A stretch of 64,000 bases of DNA from Blastocladiella emersonii ATCC 22665 (lineage: Eukaryota; Fungi; Blastocladiomycota), in NCBI GenBank assembly GCA_025594325.1, contig JANHCV010000001.1, positions 2,480,001-2,544,000 on the forward strand, given 5' to 3'. The translations under genes were made by a program, and so were the position numbers. How positions within the stretch are numbered: position 1 is the first letter of the stretch; the number at the start of each line of letters is the position of its first letter. Below are positions 36,601 through 48,815 of the stretch, piece by piece. Under the pieces are notes generated by a model. The model was not told where the DNA came from and searched no databases. It saw nothing but the letters and a program-made list of their open reading frames with translations.

Positions 36601-39600
36601 CGAGACGACCGAGACGACCGAGACCACCGCCTCGTACACCGAGTCGACCGAGATCGCCGTTTCGGAGCAGATCACCGCCGTCGAGTCCACCGAGATCGTT
36701 TCGGAGGTCGTGTCGGAGGCGTCCGAGGTCCAGATCGTTGCCGAGTGCACCGAGTCGTCGTCGTCGTCGTCGACCATTGAGACGACCGAGACCACGGCCG
36801 AGCTCGTTTCGGAGCAGATCATTGCCGTCGAGACGGCCGAGGTCGTTTCGGAGGTGTCCGAGCAGGTCGAGATCGTCGCCGAGTGCACCGAGGCCTCCTC
36901 CTCGTCGTCGTCTTCGACCATTGAGACGACCGAGATCACCACCGAGACCACCGAGACCACCACCACGACGGTCGTCGAGTCCACGGCCGCCGCCGCCGAG
37001 CTCGAGTTCGAGTCGTCTTCCTCGTCCTCGATCCACTCGCACACCACCACGGCCGCGGTTGGCGTCGCCGCTGCTGCTGCTGCCGCCGCGATCGCTGCCG
37101 GCTCCATTGCCGCTGCGGTCATTGCCCACGGCCACCACGACGATGCTGCTTCGTCGTCGTCCGACGAGGAGGAGCACGAGCACCACCACGCGACCACCAC
37201 CATCGCCGCCGAGTGCTCCTCGTCCGAGACGGTCGAGTCCACGTTCGAGACGACTGAGACGACCGAGACCACCACCACCACGGTCGTCGAGACCACCGAG
37301 ACCACCGAGACCACCGAGACCACCGAGACCACCGAGACCACCGAGACCACCGAGACCACCGAGACCACCGAGACCACCGAGGTCGTTTCGGAGGCCGTTT
37401 CCGAGCAGGTCGAGGTCCAGATCGTCGCCGAGTCGTCGACCGAGATCGTGTCCGAGGCCACCGAGACCCACGCCGAGTGCTCTTCGGCCGTTTCGGAGGT
37501 GGAAATCACCACCGAGACCACCGCCACGGCCACCGAGTCGACCGAGATCGTTTCGGAGGTCGTTTCGGAGCAGACCATTGCCACCGAGTCGACCGAGATC
37601 GTTTCGGAGGTCGTTTCGGAGCAGACCATTGCCGTCGAGTCGACCGAGGTCGTTTCGGAGCAGGTCCAGGTCGAGATCGTTGCCGAGTGCACCGAGGCCT
37701 CCTCCTCGTCGTCGTCGTCGACCATTGAGACGACCGAGACCACCCAGATCGTCGAGACGACCGAGACGACCGAGACGACCGAGACCACCGCCTCGTACAC
37801 CGAGTCGACCGAGATCGCCGTTTCGGAGCAGATCACCGCCGTCGAGTCCACCGAGATCGTTTCGGAGGTCGTGTCGGAGGCGTCCGAGGTCCAGATCGTT
37901 GCCGAGTGCACCGAGTCGTCGTCGTCGTCGTCGACCATTGAGACGACCGAGACCACGGCCGAGCTCGTTTCGGAGCAGATCATTGCCGTCGAGACGGCCG
38001 AGGTCGTTTCGGAGGTGTCCGAGCAGGTCGAGATCGTCGCCGAGTGCACCGAGGCCTCCTCCTCGTCGTCGTCTTCGACCATTGAGACGACCGAGATCAC
38101 CACCGAGACCACCGAGACCACCACCACGACGGTCGTCGAGTCCACGGCCGCCGCCGCCGAGCTCGAGTTCGAGTCGTCTTCCTCGTCCTCGATCCACTCG
38201 CACACCACCACGGCCGCGGTTGGCGTCGCCGCTGCTGCTGCTGCCGCCGCGATCGCTGCCGGCTCCATTGCCGCTGCGGTCATTGCCCACGGCCACCACG
38301 ACGATGCTGCTTCGTCGTCGTCCGACGAGGAGGAGCACGAGCACCACCACGCGACCACCACCATCGCCGCCGAGTGCTCCTCGTCCGAGACGGTCGAGTC
38401 CACGTTCGAGACGACTGAGACGACCGAGACCACCACCACCACGGTCGTCGAGACCACCGAGACCACCGAGACCACCGAGACCACCGAGACCACCGAGACC
38501 ACCGAGACCACCGAGACCACCGAGACCACCGAGACCACCGAGGTCGTTTCGGAGGCCGTTTCCGAGCAGGTCGAGGTCCAGATCGTCGCCGAGTCGTCGA
38601 CCGAGATCGTGTCCGAGGCCACCGAGACCCACGCCGAGTGCTCTTCGGCCGTTTCGGAAACTTCAGCCGCCAAGGCGGCTGATTCTTCTCTTTCGGCGAC
38701 CGTTGTCCCGGCTGTCCCTGTGGTCGCCGCCACGGTCACCGTGCTCGCTTCTCAGCTCGCATCGTCGTCTGACGACGAAGCGCGCATTGAGGTTGAGCAC
38801 ACGTTCAAGCCCGAGGTGTCGCTTCGCCAGCGTCTCGTCACGAATGTGACTGACTCAGGCGCTGACCTGATCGACTCCGCTGTTGATGTTGCAACGACCC
38901 TTGCTTCCTCCGCGGCCGACACGCTCGATAGTGTTGAACGCGAAATCGAGAACGAGCTGCGCGAGTCCAGCGAGCAGATCACCCGCTCCCTCTTTGAGGC
39001 CGAGACGACCGTACGTGTCATCCATCTACTCCCTCAACATATGCCTAGTGGCATACTCACTTTTTCACGTCTTCTCTTTGTACCTGCAGTTCAAGGCCAG
39101 CACCATGGACGTCCTTGTCAAGTCGGTGACTGATACCTCGAAACCGCTTCCAATCAAGCGCATTGTCCACTGGTCGTTCGTGACGCTCATCACGATCCTG
39201 CTGTTCGTCTCCATCTTCACGTTCGGCTCCGAGGGCAACCTGTACATGTGGTTCCTCGTGGTCGTCAACCTTTCGCTCTGGTACTCGGTTCGCCGCCTCA
39301 TCGCTTTCCAGGAGGTCGCCCACGACCGCGACCTTGGCGCGCACGAGGACTATGAGGATCACAGCCACCTCACCGCGACCCTGCGCGCGCTGTCGGACGT
39401 TTCGGCCCAGTCGTTCGACTCGGTCGCCACGACCGTGATCACCCGCGCCACGTCCACGACCGAGGTGACCCACAAGCACCTCCGCATCGCCCGCCTCGTC
39501 TCGCTGCTCATCTTCGTTGCCATTGCCTTCACGTTCATGTCCTGGTTCTGGCTCATCTTCTCGACTGCTGTGTTCGCGCTGTGGACCTTCCGCCGCTCCG

Positions 39601-40115
39601 TCGCTCGCCAGGTCACCATGCGCTACGTCGTCGCTACCCGCAGCACGGCCAACCTGCGCGTCACCATCCGCATCGCCCACCTCGCGTTCGCCGCGCTGAC
39701 GGCCGTCTTCGCCGTGACCACCATGCTCACGTGGAGTACCTACGCGCTGTTCCTGACCATTGTCATGGCCATGACGTGGGCGTATGCTTCGCACCTCGCC
39801 GTTGTCGTTCTCCGCCACGACGTCGCGTCTTCCGCTGCCGCCCGCCTCGCGTCCGAGGTGTCGAGCGCCGCCACTGTGACGACCTCGTCGTCGGCTTCGT
39901 CCCTGTCCATGGCCGCCGCCGCCGAGTCTGCATCCGCCGCCACCAAGGAGACGTCCGCGACCACGACGTACACGACCACCACCTACACGACCACCACGTC
40001 CAAGGTCGTGAACGAGGTCGGCACAGAGACCATCGTGTCCTCCTCGACTTCGGCCGCTCGCGCCGAGCCGGTCGTTGTCACCACGACGACGATCGAGACC
40101 TCCTCCTCCGCCTAA
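24619..40115 (+). CDS. Giant (~5,087 aa) acidic Glu/Thr/Ser-rich repeat protein with N-terminal Cys-Pro repeats and a C-terminal multi-pass membrane domain; exons 24619-24622, 24701-26007, 26084-39010, 39090-40115
   Basis: Three GTACG...AG introns join the ORFs in frame (437+4309+342 codons). Codon usage matches neighbouring genes. No family recognised. Confidence 0.75.
24730..25110 (+). repeat. Cys-Pro-Glu short-period coding repeats (CPPA[DE]EC / CAP)
   Basis: Translation CPPPTEECPAPPAECAPCPPAEDCPAPPAECAPCPPSDECAPCPPAEEC...; DNA units such as GAGTGCGCTCCCTGCCCGCC recur. Confidence 0.85.
26900..38658 (+). repeat. Intragenic tandem array of ~10.1 near-identical units of ~1,161 bp (387 aa), each with nested 9-bp (ACCGAGACC)n and (TCG)n runs
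   Basis: An identical marker segment recurs at 27049, 28213, 29347, 30508, 31672, 32833, 33994, 35155, 36316 and 37477 (spacings 1164, 1134, 1161, 1164, then 1161 five times). Homology stops at ~38658. Confidence 0.97.
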
Positions 40116-40931
40116 GCCATCTCTCGTGCACCCGTGTCGCTCATTGCCAAGCATCGGCTCAGTTGGACGCTCGTTTTGCGCAACTGTGTCAACGCCAGCC
40201 CTGGGCTCAAGCTGTACTTCGTTCCCCCGAATCGCCCCGCCAAACCCCCTCCTGCTCCGTACTCTCCCTGGACCACGCGAGCCACCGTCATTTTCCGCGG
40301 CCCTCGACGCTCTCTCCGCATCCCGACGTCGTTCCTGCTCGCCTGCAGATGTCACGTCGCTGCGCAAGAAGCTCGGGTGTCGCCTACCCTCGCGCGGTCC
40401 AGTTCCGTTTGTCATCCCCTCCTCTTTGCTCTCGCGGAGCAGCTTGGTGCAGGCCTTCTTTTCCTCTCGTCTTTTGTGTTTTTGCTGTACCACCACCGTT
40501 TTTGTTTGCCGTATTGCAAGCTGTATCTGTTAATCCCACCTTGTTCCTCTCCACATCGCTCATCTTGTGGAGCAGCTTTGAAAAGTCTTAAGGACTTCAA
40601 TCGTTCCTGACGCCTCATGTCTGCACAGCTCGCGAGCAAATGACGGTGGCCTGCTTCGCGTCGATGCGAGAGTAACGGTCATTTGGTGTTGTAATGCTTC
40701 CGGACAAGGTTCTAGTTGGCGGTGGCCGTGGCCGTCGCTGCGGGTCATGGCCGTGACCGCAGCGACTGACCTTGGCCACCCCGTCCCTCATCGATCTGCT
40801 CACCGCTGCTCCTCGCAAACCGCCGCGAAGTGGAAGACAAATAAGATTCTGATTCACGCCAAGTACGAGTATAACTAGGTAAGAACTAAACCGAATAAGA
40901 GCGAGTGACAAAAGTAAACCGTCCATCCGGC

Positions 40932-43900
40932 TCACTCATTGCCGCCCTCACCATTCCCGCCGCGCGACCGGTGATGCCCGTGGTGCCCGATCGCATTCGA
41001 AAACAAGCTATCGAGTGCGAGCGCGTCGGGGTCAAGCGGGTCGAGCGTGGATCCGGCACTGCTGCTCCCCGCGCCGCCGCCGTCGCCCGCGGCCGGAACC
41101 TGCGTGAGGTCGAGCGGCGAGCCGTGCGCGTGGCCGAACGGCGCGTCGAGGTCGACCGTGAACCCGTGGTGGTGCACGAGCCCGGCGCCGTCGAGGTCCA
41201 TGAACTCGTTGAGCGCGAGCGCCATCTCCATCATGGACGCGGCGCCGGCGCCCGGGGCCGCCGAGCCGGGGAACGCGGACGACGACAACGACGACGAGAG
41301 CGACGGGCGGCGCCCGTTCCTTGGACCAGTCGGGCCGCCGAGCCGCTGGCTGGTCTTGCGCGAGCGCGGCGGGAGCCCGCGACCGCTGCCCGGGATCGAG
41401 GTGCGGCGACCGGCGTTGAACGCGGGCCCGCCCATGGTGAGCGGCGGGGCGAGCGGGTCGGCGGCGCCGGGGCCCGAGGTGGGCGGGAGCATGGGCGAGC
41501 GCATGGGCCCGAACGTCGGGGAGAGCGGGACGAGCGAGAGCGACAGGGCGCCGGGCGCCGCGTGGCCCTTGAGTGCGCGCAGCGGGTTGGACGCGACGGC
41601 GTTGGCCTGCGCGTGGTGCGGGTCCTGCGCGCGGAACGCGGCGAAGGCCTGCGACGTGGCCGAGATGCGGCGGAACCGGTGCCCGTGGTGCAGCGCGTTG
41701 CTGCCGAGGCCCGAGGCGGCGGACGCGGTCCGCGCCGAGCTGAGGCCGGGCGATAAGAGGTCGCCGAACGCGCGGGCCGCGGCGCTCGATGCGCCCGAGT
41801 GGCCGACCAGGTCGAGTCCGATCGACGCGGATGTGCTGCGCCCGTCGTCGTCGTCCTCGTCCTCGGTCTCGCTGCCGCCTGTCGCGGCAGGCCCGTCGGT
41901 CTCGCCGTCCGACTCATCCGTGGACGCGAACAGGTCGATCTCGAGCACCTGGTCGAGCGCGACGGTCGCGGGCGTCGTGGGCGTGGGTGGCGGCGGGGGC
42001 GTACCTGGCCCGGTTCCCGTGGCGCTGAGCGGCGGCTTCTGGAACGTGTAGGGCGACATGGCCATGTACGTGGCGAGCTGCGTGAGCGGACGCTGGCCCG
42101 TGCTGCTGGACAGGCGGCGCTGGCGCTTCGGGGCCGGGCTGAGGTGCAGGAGCGGCTTGCCGTGCAGGTGCGCACTCGTGAGGAGCGGGTTGGTGGTGGA
42201 GCCGGTGCCGAGGTCCGCCGACTTGCCGCCCTCGCCGTCGTCGAGCCCGCCGGGCCCGTCGCTGAGCGTCTCGAGCGGCGCGGGGAGCCACTCGTCGCGG
42301 TGCCGCTTGGACGGCGGCGCGAGGTACCCGAGGCCAAAGTCCTTGAGACTGATCTTGCGCGCGCGGTTCGATGCGCTGCCGCTCGATCCGCCATGGTGGT
42401 GATGGTGGTGGTGGTGCGACGAGCTGCGGCCGTACCCGGCGCCGGGCGAAGACGCGGCGACGACGCCCTGGACGAAGCTCGGGTACGCCGGGATCGCGTG
42501 GGCGGCGCCGTGGTGATGGTGGTGGTGGTGGTGACCGTTCCCGTTGGCCGACGCGGCCTTGACCGCGTTGACGGCGAGCTGGTGCGGCGACGCGGGCGCG
42601 ACGAGGTCCACGACATCCATGTCGTCGTCGTCGCTGGTCCACTCGACGTCGGGCCGCAGGGTGCCGGGCGGGGAGATGCCGTGGTCGCTCTCGTCCGAGT
42701 ACGGGTACGCCGTGTACGTGACGAGGGCGCCGACGTCGTCATCGTCGTCCTCGTCCTCGTCCGCATCCACGGCCATGGCGTCGGCGAGCGGCGCGGCAGC
42801 GGCGGCGGCGGCCACGCGGCGCTTGAGCTCCGTCTCGAAGTCCTCCTCCTCGTCGTCGGTGGACTCGTCGTCCGAGTCTGTGTCCGACTTGTGGGTGGTG
42901 GCCGGCGGCGCAGGCGCCGCAGCAGCAGGAACGACGCCCTTGCTCGCGAGCACCGCATTGACGACCTCGGCGACGTCGTCGGGCGAGAGCTCGTCCTCGG
43001 TCTCGTCCGCGTCCTGGTTCGCCGACACCGGTGCGGGTGGTGGCGGAGCCGATGCCGCTGCGGCGGCGTCGGCCGCAGCATCGGCGCGGCGCTGGAACTG
43101 GAGCTGCTGGCGGAGGTGCAGGCGGCGTCGGTGACGCGCCTGGGTCTCGCGCTCCGAGTCGGACCCGGACCCGGAATCGGTGTCGGACTCCTCCGAGTCC
43201 GTGTCCGAGTCGTCGAGGTACGACAGGTTACGGATCGAGGCGGCGGCCGAGAGTTTCGGCGGCGGCGCGGTCGGGAGCGCGACGAGGCCGGGCGCTGGCG
43301 CCCTTGGCGGGGCCGGCTGCGCGCGGCGCGCGGGCGGCGGGGGCGGTGGGGACGACAGCGTGTCGATGGCGAGCTCGCCGTCCTCGTCCTCGTCGTCGTC
43401 GTCGCTCATGGTCCCGTCATCGGACGCGGCGTCGTCGGCGCGCCGCTGCTGCTTCACAATCGCCGTTTTGCGCGCGGTCGAGGGCGCAGGGCGGCCCGAC
43501 TTGACGACAGGCGCCGCGGGACCGCGCACGGGCAGCGGGCGGATCGGGAGCGGCGGTGGCGCGGTGCGTGGTGCGCGCGGCGGCGAGTCGAACTCGTCGA
43601 GCGTGTCGTCGTCCTCGCTCTCGGTGTCGTCGGCGCCGCGGTGAACGACTGGCGCGGGCGCGGGGCGTGTCGGGAGCGGGCGCGAGTTGGCCGCGGCGGG
43701 CATGGGTGCACGGGGAGGGAGGGGTAACGGTTTGTTGCGCTGCATTTCGGCGGCGGCGGCAGCCTCGGCCGCGCTGCTCTGCTTCCGCGAGCGCTGCGCG
43801 CCGTCACGGCCAGCAGCGGCAGTAGCAGCGGCGCGTTTTGGCGGCGGTGAGAGAAGGTTGCCGGGCGCCATGGGCCGCATCGGCGGCGACTTGAAGTTCT

Positions 43901-46479
43901 GCGCCGCGGCGCGCGGGGGCAGCGCGGCGGCCTTGGGGAACGGCGGGGCCGGGTCCGCGGCGGCGGCAGACTTGCGGCGGCCGTTCCCGGCGAGCGGGAT
44001 GGTGGGCACGCTCTCGGCCGACGCGCGCGACGAGGACGAGGAGGCAGCAGCCCCGGGCCCCATGGCGCCCGCACGAGGCGCGCCGCGCGCCTTACTGCCC
44101 GCCGCGGGCGCCGATGTGGGCAAGGGTATTGGCGGGTCGGTTTTGACGGACGCGCCGCGCGCCTTGGCCGACGACGACGACGAGGACCGCGGGCCGCGCG
44201 CGGCGGAGCCACTGCTCGGCGGCGCGGCGGGGGCAGCGGGCGGCTCCGGGTCGCCGGGTGCAGCGGCCGCGTCCTTGCACGTGCACACGAGGTCGCAGAC
44301 GGGGCACAGGTCGTCCTCGTCCATGGCGTCGTCGGTCTCGTCGGACGCGGCGGGGGCGACGGCGGCCGCGGGCGCGCTGGCGGGGCGGGCGGCGATGGGG
44401 AGTGGCGCGAGTGGGAGTGGGTCCGGTTTCGGTGCCGCGCGTTTCGCGCTGCTGTTGCCGGCGGCGCGCTGCGACTTTGGTGGCGCGGGCGGCGCGGCCT
44501 TGGCCGGCTTGGGCGCGGGTGGTACAGCCTTGCGCTCTGTGGCCTTGACCGACTTCGGCTTCGCGACGGGCGGCGGCGGCGCCGTCCCGCGCGAGCTCGA
44601 CCCGCGCGACGACCCACCACCATTACTGCTGCCGATCGACCCCGTATCCGAGTCGTCGGCGAGCGACGGGAGCGCGGCCGAGTGGACGACGTGGCCGAGG
44701 ACGTTTTTGGGCGGCGGCTGGCGGCGGTTGGACGACGACTGCGCGAGCATGTTCTGGAAGTCGGACTCGAACGAGCCGTTCTGTGCGGAGGGGGGTTTCC
44801 GACTCGCCGAGGCCGCGCTAGAGCTACCGGCCTTGCGCTGGCCGGCCGCCGGCGCGGTCGGGAGCGGCGCCATGGGGAGCGGCGGCGGGGGCGGCGCTGC
44901 GTCGTTGGCGCGGGACCGGGCGGTGTTGGCGCGCGAGGCGGCGGCACTGTTCTTGCGCTGGCGCGGAGCCGGTGCCTGTGCAGACACGGGTGCTGGAGGC
45001 GCGCTCGCGGGAGCGGAGGCCGGCGCTCCGCGCAGCTGCTTGCGCGGTGGCAGCGGGAGCGCGGGAGCAGGAGCACGCGGAGCAGCGGGCGCCGGGGCGG
45101 CGGGGGGAAGCGGCTGTTGCGCCGCGGCCGAGGTCGCGGATGGCGGGACAGGGACGCGCGGCTGCTTGGGCGGGCGCGGGCGCGGTGCCGGCGGCGGTGG
45201 CGGGGCGTTGTGCCGGGACCGCGCGCCGCGGCCGAGCGCGATGAGGGTAGGGACCATGGGTGGTGGTTGGGCGGGGAAGGCAGCAGCAGCGGGCGGGGCC
45301 GAGGTCGACGTGGTTGCCGGTGCAGCAGGAGCCGGAGCAGCAGGTGCGGCGGCGACCTGGGGCTGGATCGGCAGCGGGATCGCGGGGCAGAAGGGTGCGG
45401 GGATGGCGGGTCCAGGGACCGCGGGGAAGGAGGCAGCAGCGGCGGTCGGAGCACCGCGGCCACGGCCAGCGGCACCACCGCCGCGTCCACCGCGGCGAGA
45501 CGGCGCGGGCAACGGCGGGCGCGGGAGCGGTGCGGAGACGACGAGCGACGCGTCGAGCGAGGTGACCATGGCGGCGGCGGCAAAGTCGTCAAACGACGCG
45601 AACGACTGCTGCTGTGGCTGAGGCGGGGGCGGGGGCGGCGGGGCGGGCATGGCGTAGTCAAAGTCGTCCTCGTCGTCCTCGTCATCTTCGTCCTCATCGT
45701 CGTCGTCATCATCCGAGTCCTCCTCGGTCGACGAAGCCTCGGTGACCATGTGCTGGAACAGGGCCTTTTTGGCGGCGACGGGCGCGCCGCCGCCGTGCTT
45801 GCCGCCAGTGGACGCAGCGGCCGCGGCGCGCGGGAACTTGGCGGGGGCCTTGGACACGCCGGAACGGGGCGCCTTGAAGGCGACGCTGCCGCCCAGCGCG
45901 GTCCCCTTGCGTCCGGGCGCGGGCATGGCCGACTTGCCCTTGCCGGGGCGCGGGGCGGGGACGGGGGCGGGGAAGTCAAAGTCGGACGTGTCGAGGTCCG
46001 CGTCCTCGTCCATGGCGTCGAGGTCGTAGTCGTCGTCGGTCGAGGCGGCGGTGGCCGGTGGCCGGTGGCCGGCCTTGCCGCTGCGACTGTGCCCGCCGCC
46101 GCTGGGAACGTAAGACGAGTGGGCGGCGCCGGGCAGGTGGTGGTGGTAGTCGAGGTGGTTCTTCTTGGCGCACGCGACGCACACGTACTCGGTGACGCGG
46201 TCGGCGTCGCGGGCGTCGAGGCCGATGCACCGGCCGTGGAACCAGACTAGATGTGGTGGGCGGGGACGATGAGTGGCCCGGCTGAGCAAGAGGAGAAGCG
46301 GCGGAGACCCGAGGCGTACCCTCGCAGAGCTCGCACGAGATCATAAACTCCTTGCCGTCGTAGGGCCCGCGGCAGTGGCAGTGCAGGCCGCCCGTGGCGC
46401 CCGACGTGACGGCGACGGTGCTGGAGCTGTTGCCGTTGCTGGCGGCGAAGGCGCCGTCGTGGCCGTTGGCGCTCACCAT
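40932..46479 (-). CDS. PHD-finger protein with a very long low-complexity tail (~1,824 aa); exons 46479-46320 and 46246-40932
   Basis: Intron 46319-46247 joins CHCRGPYDGKEFMISCELCE to VWFHGRCIGLDARDADRVTEYVCVAC, giving a Cys4-His-Cys3 PHD. The rest is Pro/Ala/Ser/Asp-rich with poly-His tracts and one CPVCDLVCTC motif. Confidence 0.82.
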
Positions 46480-47265
46480 GGCGGTTGGGTGGTCGGTTCA
46501 GGGACGGATCGGTGGCGGACGCGTCCGAGGGGAAGTCGGGCAGCGGATGCGCCGGCGAGGGGAGGGAGGAGGAGCAAGTCGGCAGCGATGGAAGGGGACC
46601 GGCGGCGGCGCGGTTACTCGTCGTCAGGCTGCTGCTGCCTCGGCGAAAGTGCTGGGATGGTCAACGTCGTCGGAATGCGTGGTGTGTGCCGGTGATGTGC
46701 AACGAGAGATCCATACAAGAGCGAAGGGGCAGGGGAAGGGGAGAATCCGAGGAGCGAGGGACGTCAGCTAGCGAACCACAAGCGAACGAGCGAGCGGGCT
46801 GAACCGAGGCCGCGCACGGCATGCCCGAATCCTCGCCCAGCGATGGGCCCAGGATGAATGCGTACAGTCGTGGGTCGGCGGGCCGGACCCGGCAGGGGCG
46901 TAGGGGACGCCCGGAAGGCTCAGTGGACGGCGGCAGCGGGGGATCGCCTCGGCGGGTGCGGGGGCGGGAGCGCGGCGGACGACACGGGCGGCGCGGGCAC
47001 GGGCAGGGCGGGATGGCGGGGTCCGTGGGCGAGCAGGGCCATGCATGCACCAGCGGCGTGGTCGTCGTGGTCGCTGCCGAGGTCGAAGTCGGGGGTGCGC
47101 AGGAGGGGGAGGAGGGGGAAGCAGCAGCCTGAGCGGCAGCAGGCTCGACCCGTCACCCCGGCGGCACGAGTCGGCCGGTGGCTTGCCCGCGCCTTGTTTC
47201 ATCAGCCGGCCGCCCACGCCGACGTGAACGACGCGGTCGCCCTCTCCCCTCGCACACGCACCAGA

Positions 47266-48757
47266 ATGAAGCCCATGAACCAGACGCGGGAAACAGACTC
47301 GATGCATCGAGCTGCAGATGGCAGCGGCAAGACCTGGGCCCGGCTCCACGCCGGCGCCGCCTGGGTCGCGGCCGTGGCCGAGCAGCACACCTGGGCCTGC
47401 ATCGCCCTCCTTGTGCTCGCCGAGGCCGCTTTCAACGTCCTGCTCATCTCGAGGGTTCCCTGTGCGTGCTCTACCTACTTCGACTGTCCGCGGCACCCGC
47501 TGATGGGCGCCCCAGTGAGTAGACACGGAGATCGACTGGTCGACGTACATGCAGCAGGTTGCCCTCGTCGCTGCCGGGGAGACCGACTACTCCAAGATTG
47601 AAGGCGACACTGGCCCGCTCGTGTACGTGGCTCCGTTTCGGCTACTCTGGCGCACACTCGGAACTGACGCCCGCCGACCAGCTACCCCGCAGGCCACGTC
47701 TGGATCTACCGCCTGCTCAGCGCTCTGACGCAAGGCGGCCGCGACATTCGGCTCGGCCAGTACATTTTCGCCGGCGTGTACTGCCTGAACCTGGCCGCGA
47801 CGCTCGCGCTGTACCGCGCGTGCCGCGTACCCGTGCTCGTGTACCCGCTGCTGTCGCTGTCCAAGCGGATCCACTCGATCCACGTCCTGCGCCTGTTCAA
47901 CGACCCGTTCGCGACACTCCTGACCACGCTCGCCGTCCTGGCCCTCGTCCACCGGCGCCGCGTCGCCGCAACCGCGCTCCTCAGCCTCGGCGTGTCGGTC
48001 AAGATGAACGTGCTGCTCGTCGCGCCCGCGCTGCTCTACACGCTCGTCATGGAGTGCAATCTGCTCGCCTTCCTCACCCACCTCGTGCTGGCCGGCTCGG
48101 TCCAGGCCCTCGTCGCGTTCCCCTTCCTCCTCGCCCACCCGGCCGCCTACCTCGCCCGCGCCTTTGACCTCTCGCGCGTGTTCGAGTTCAAGTGGACTGT
48201 CAACTGGCGCTTCCTTCCCGAGTCCCTCTTCGTCTCGCGGGCCTGGGGCCTCGTCCTGCTCGGCACTTGGCTCGCTTGCGTCATTGTGATCCTCGTCATG
48301 TGGAACGCCCGCTTCCACGGCGGCCTTTCGCGTTTGCTGCACCGCTGGTTCCTGCGCCTCCTGGCCGCGTCGGGGGCGCGGTCACGGCCGATCGACATCG
48401 CCACGTTGTGCTACACCATCAACCTCGTCGGTATCATCACGGCCCGCAGCCTGCACTACCAGTTCTACGTCTGGTACTGGTTCTCGCTGCCGCTGCTCCT
48501 CACGCGCATGCCCGAGTCCGTGCCATGGCTCGCTCGGTACTCTCGCTCCACGAATCACGAGCGATTGGGTTCAGTTCTCTAACTCGTTCGTTCGTCGGTG
48601 TAGCCTGGCGGTCCTCGCCACCATCGAGGTGTGCTGGAACGTGTTCCCGTCGACCAACGCCTCGTCCGCCGCGCTCCTCGCTGCCAACTGCTTCCTCCTC
48701 TGCAGCGTGCTGGCCGGCGTTCTCGCTCCCGCGCCGAGCAAGGTCAAGTCCGAATGA
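47266..48757 (+). CDS. ALG3: Dol-P-Man:Man5GlcNAc2-PP-Dol alpha-1,3-mannosyltransferase ALG3, 4 exons; start uncertain (in-frame ATGs at 47041, 47266, 47302)
   Basis: Spliced VP|[13 protein letters not shown]...GDTGPLV|[55 protein letters not shown] and [11 protein letters not shown] are all ALG3 hallmarks. Confidence 0.95.
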
Positions 48758-48815
48758 GCGATTGCAAGTGTATCATTACCGGTCGCGCCGTGCACGCAAT
48801 ACAATCAGTAGTAGT

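Noticed and set aside
27049-37728. Ten identical 83-aa ORFs (MLFGRFGGGNHH...)
   Set aside because: They are off-frame by-products of each repeat unit starting at GTG/TTG-type codons; useful only as unit markers.
26900-38658. Possible CRISPR array or satellite DNA
   Set aside because: There are no unique spacers, and all length variation is in multiples of 3 within one open frame, so this is a coding repeat.
26462-38849. ~4,000-aa ORFs in other frames and on the minus strand over the repeat array (Gly/Leu/Arg-, Val/Ser- and Arg/Pro-rich)
   Set aside because: These are shadow frames: the ACC/GAG/TCG/GTC codon repertoire of the real ORF produces no stops in alternative frames, and the shadows begin and end with the array.
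41047-45979. Many long overlapping ORFs on both strands around the PHD gene, and similarly over ROD, ABCB and the fusion gene
   Set aside because: Expected in high-GC coding DNA. The translations are Arg/Gly/Pro-rich without domains, and a better-supported gene occupies each locus.
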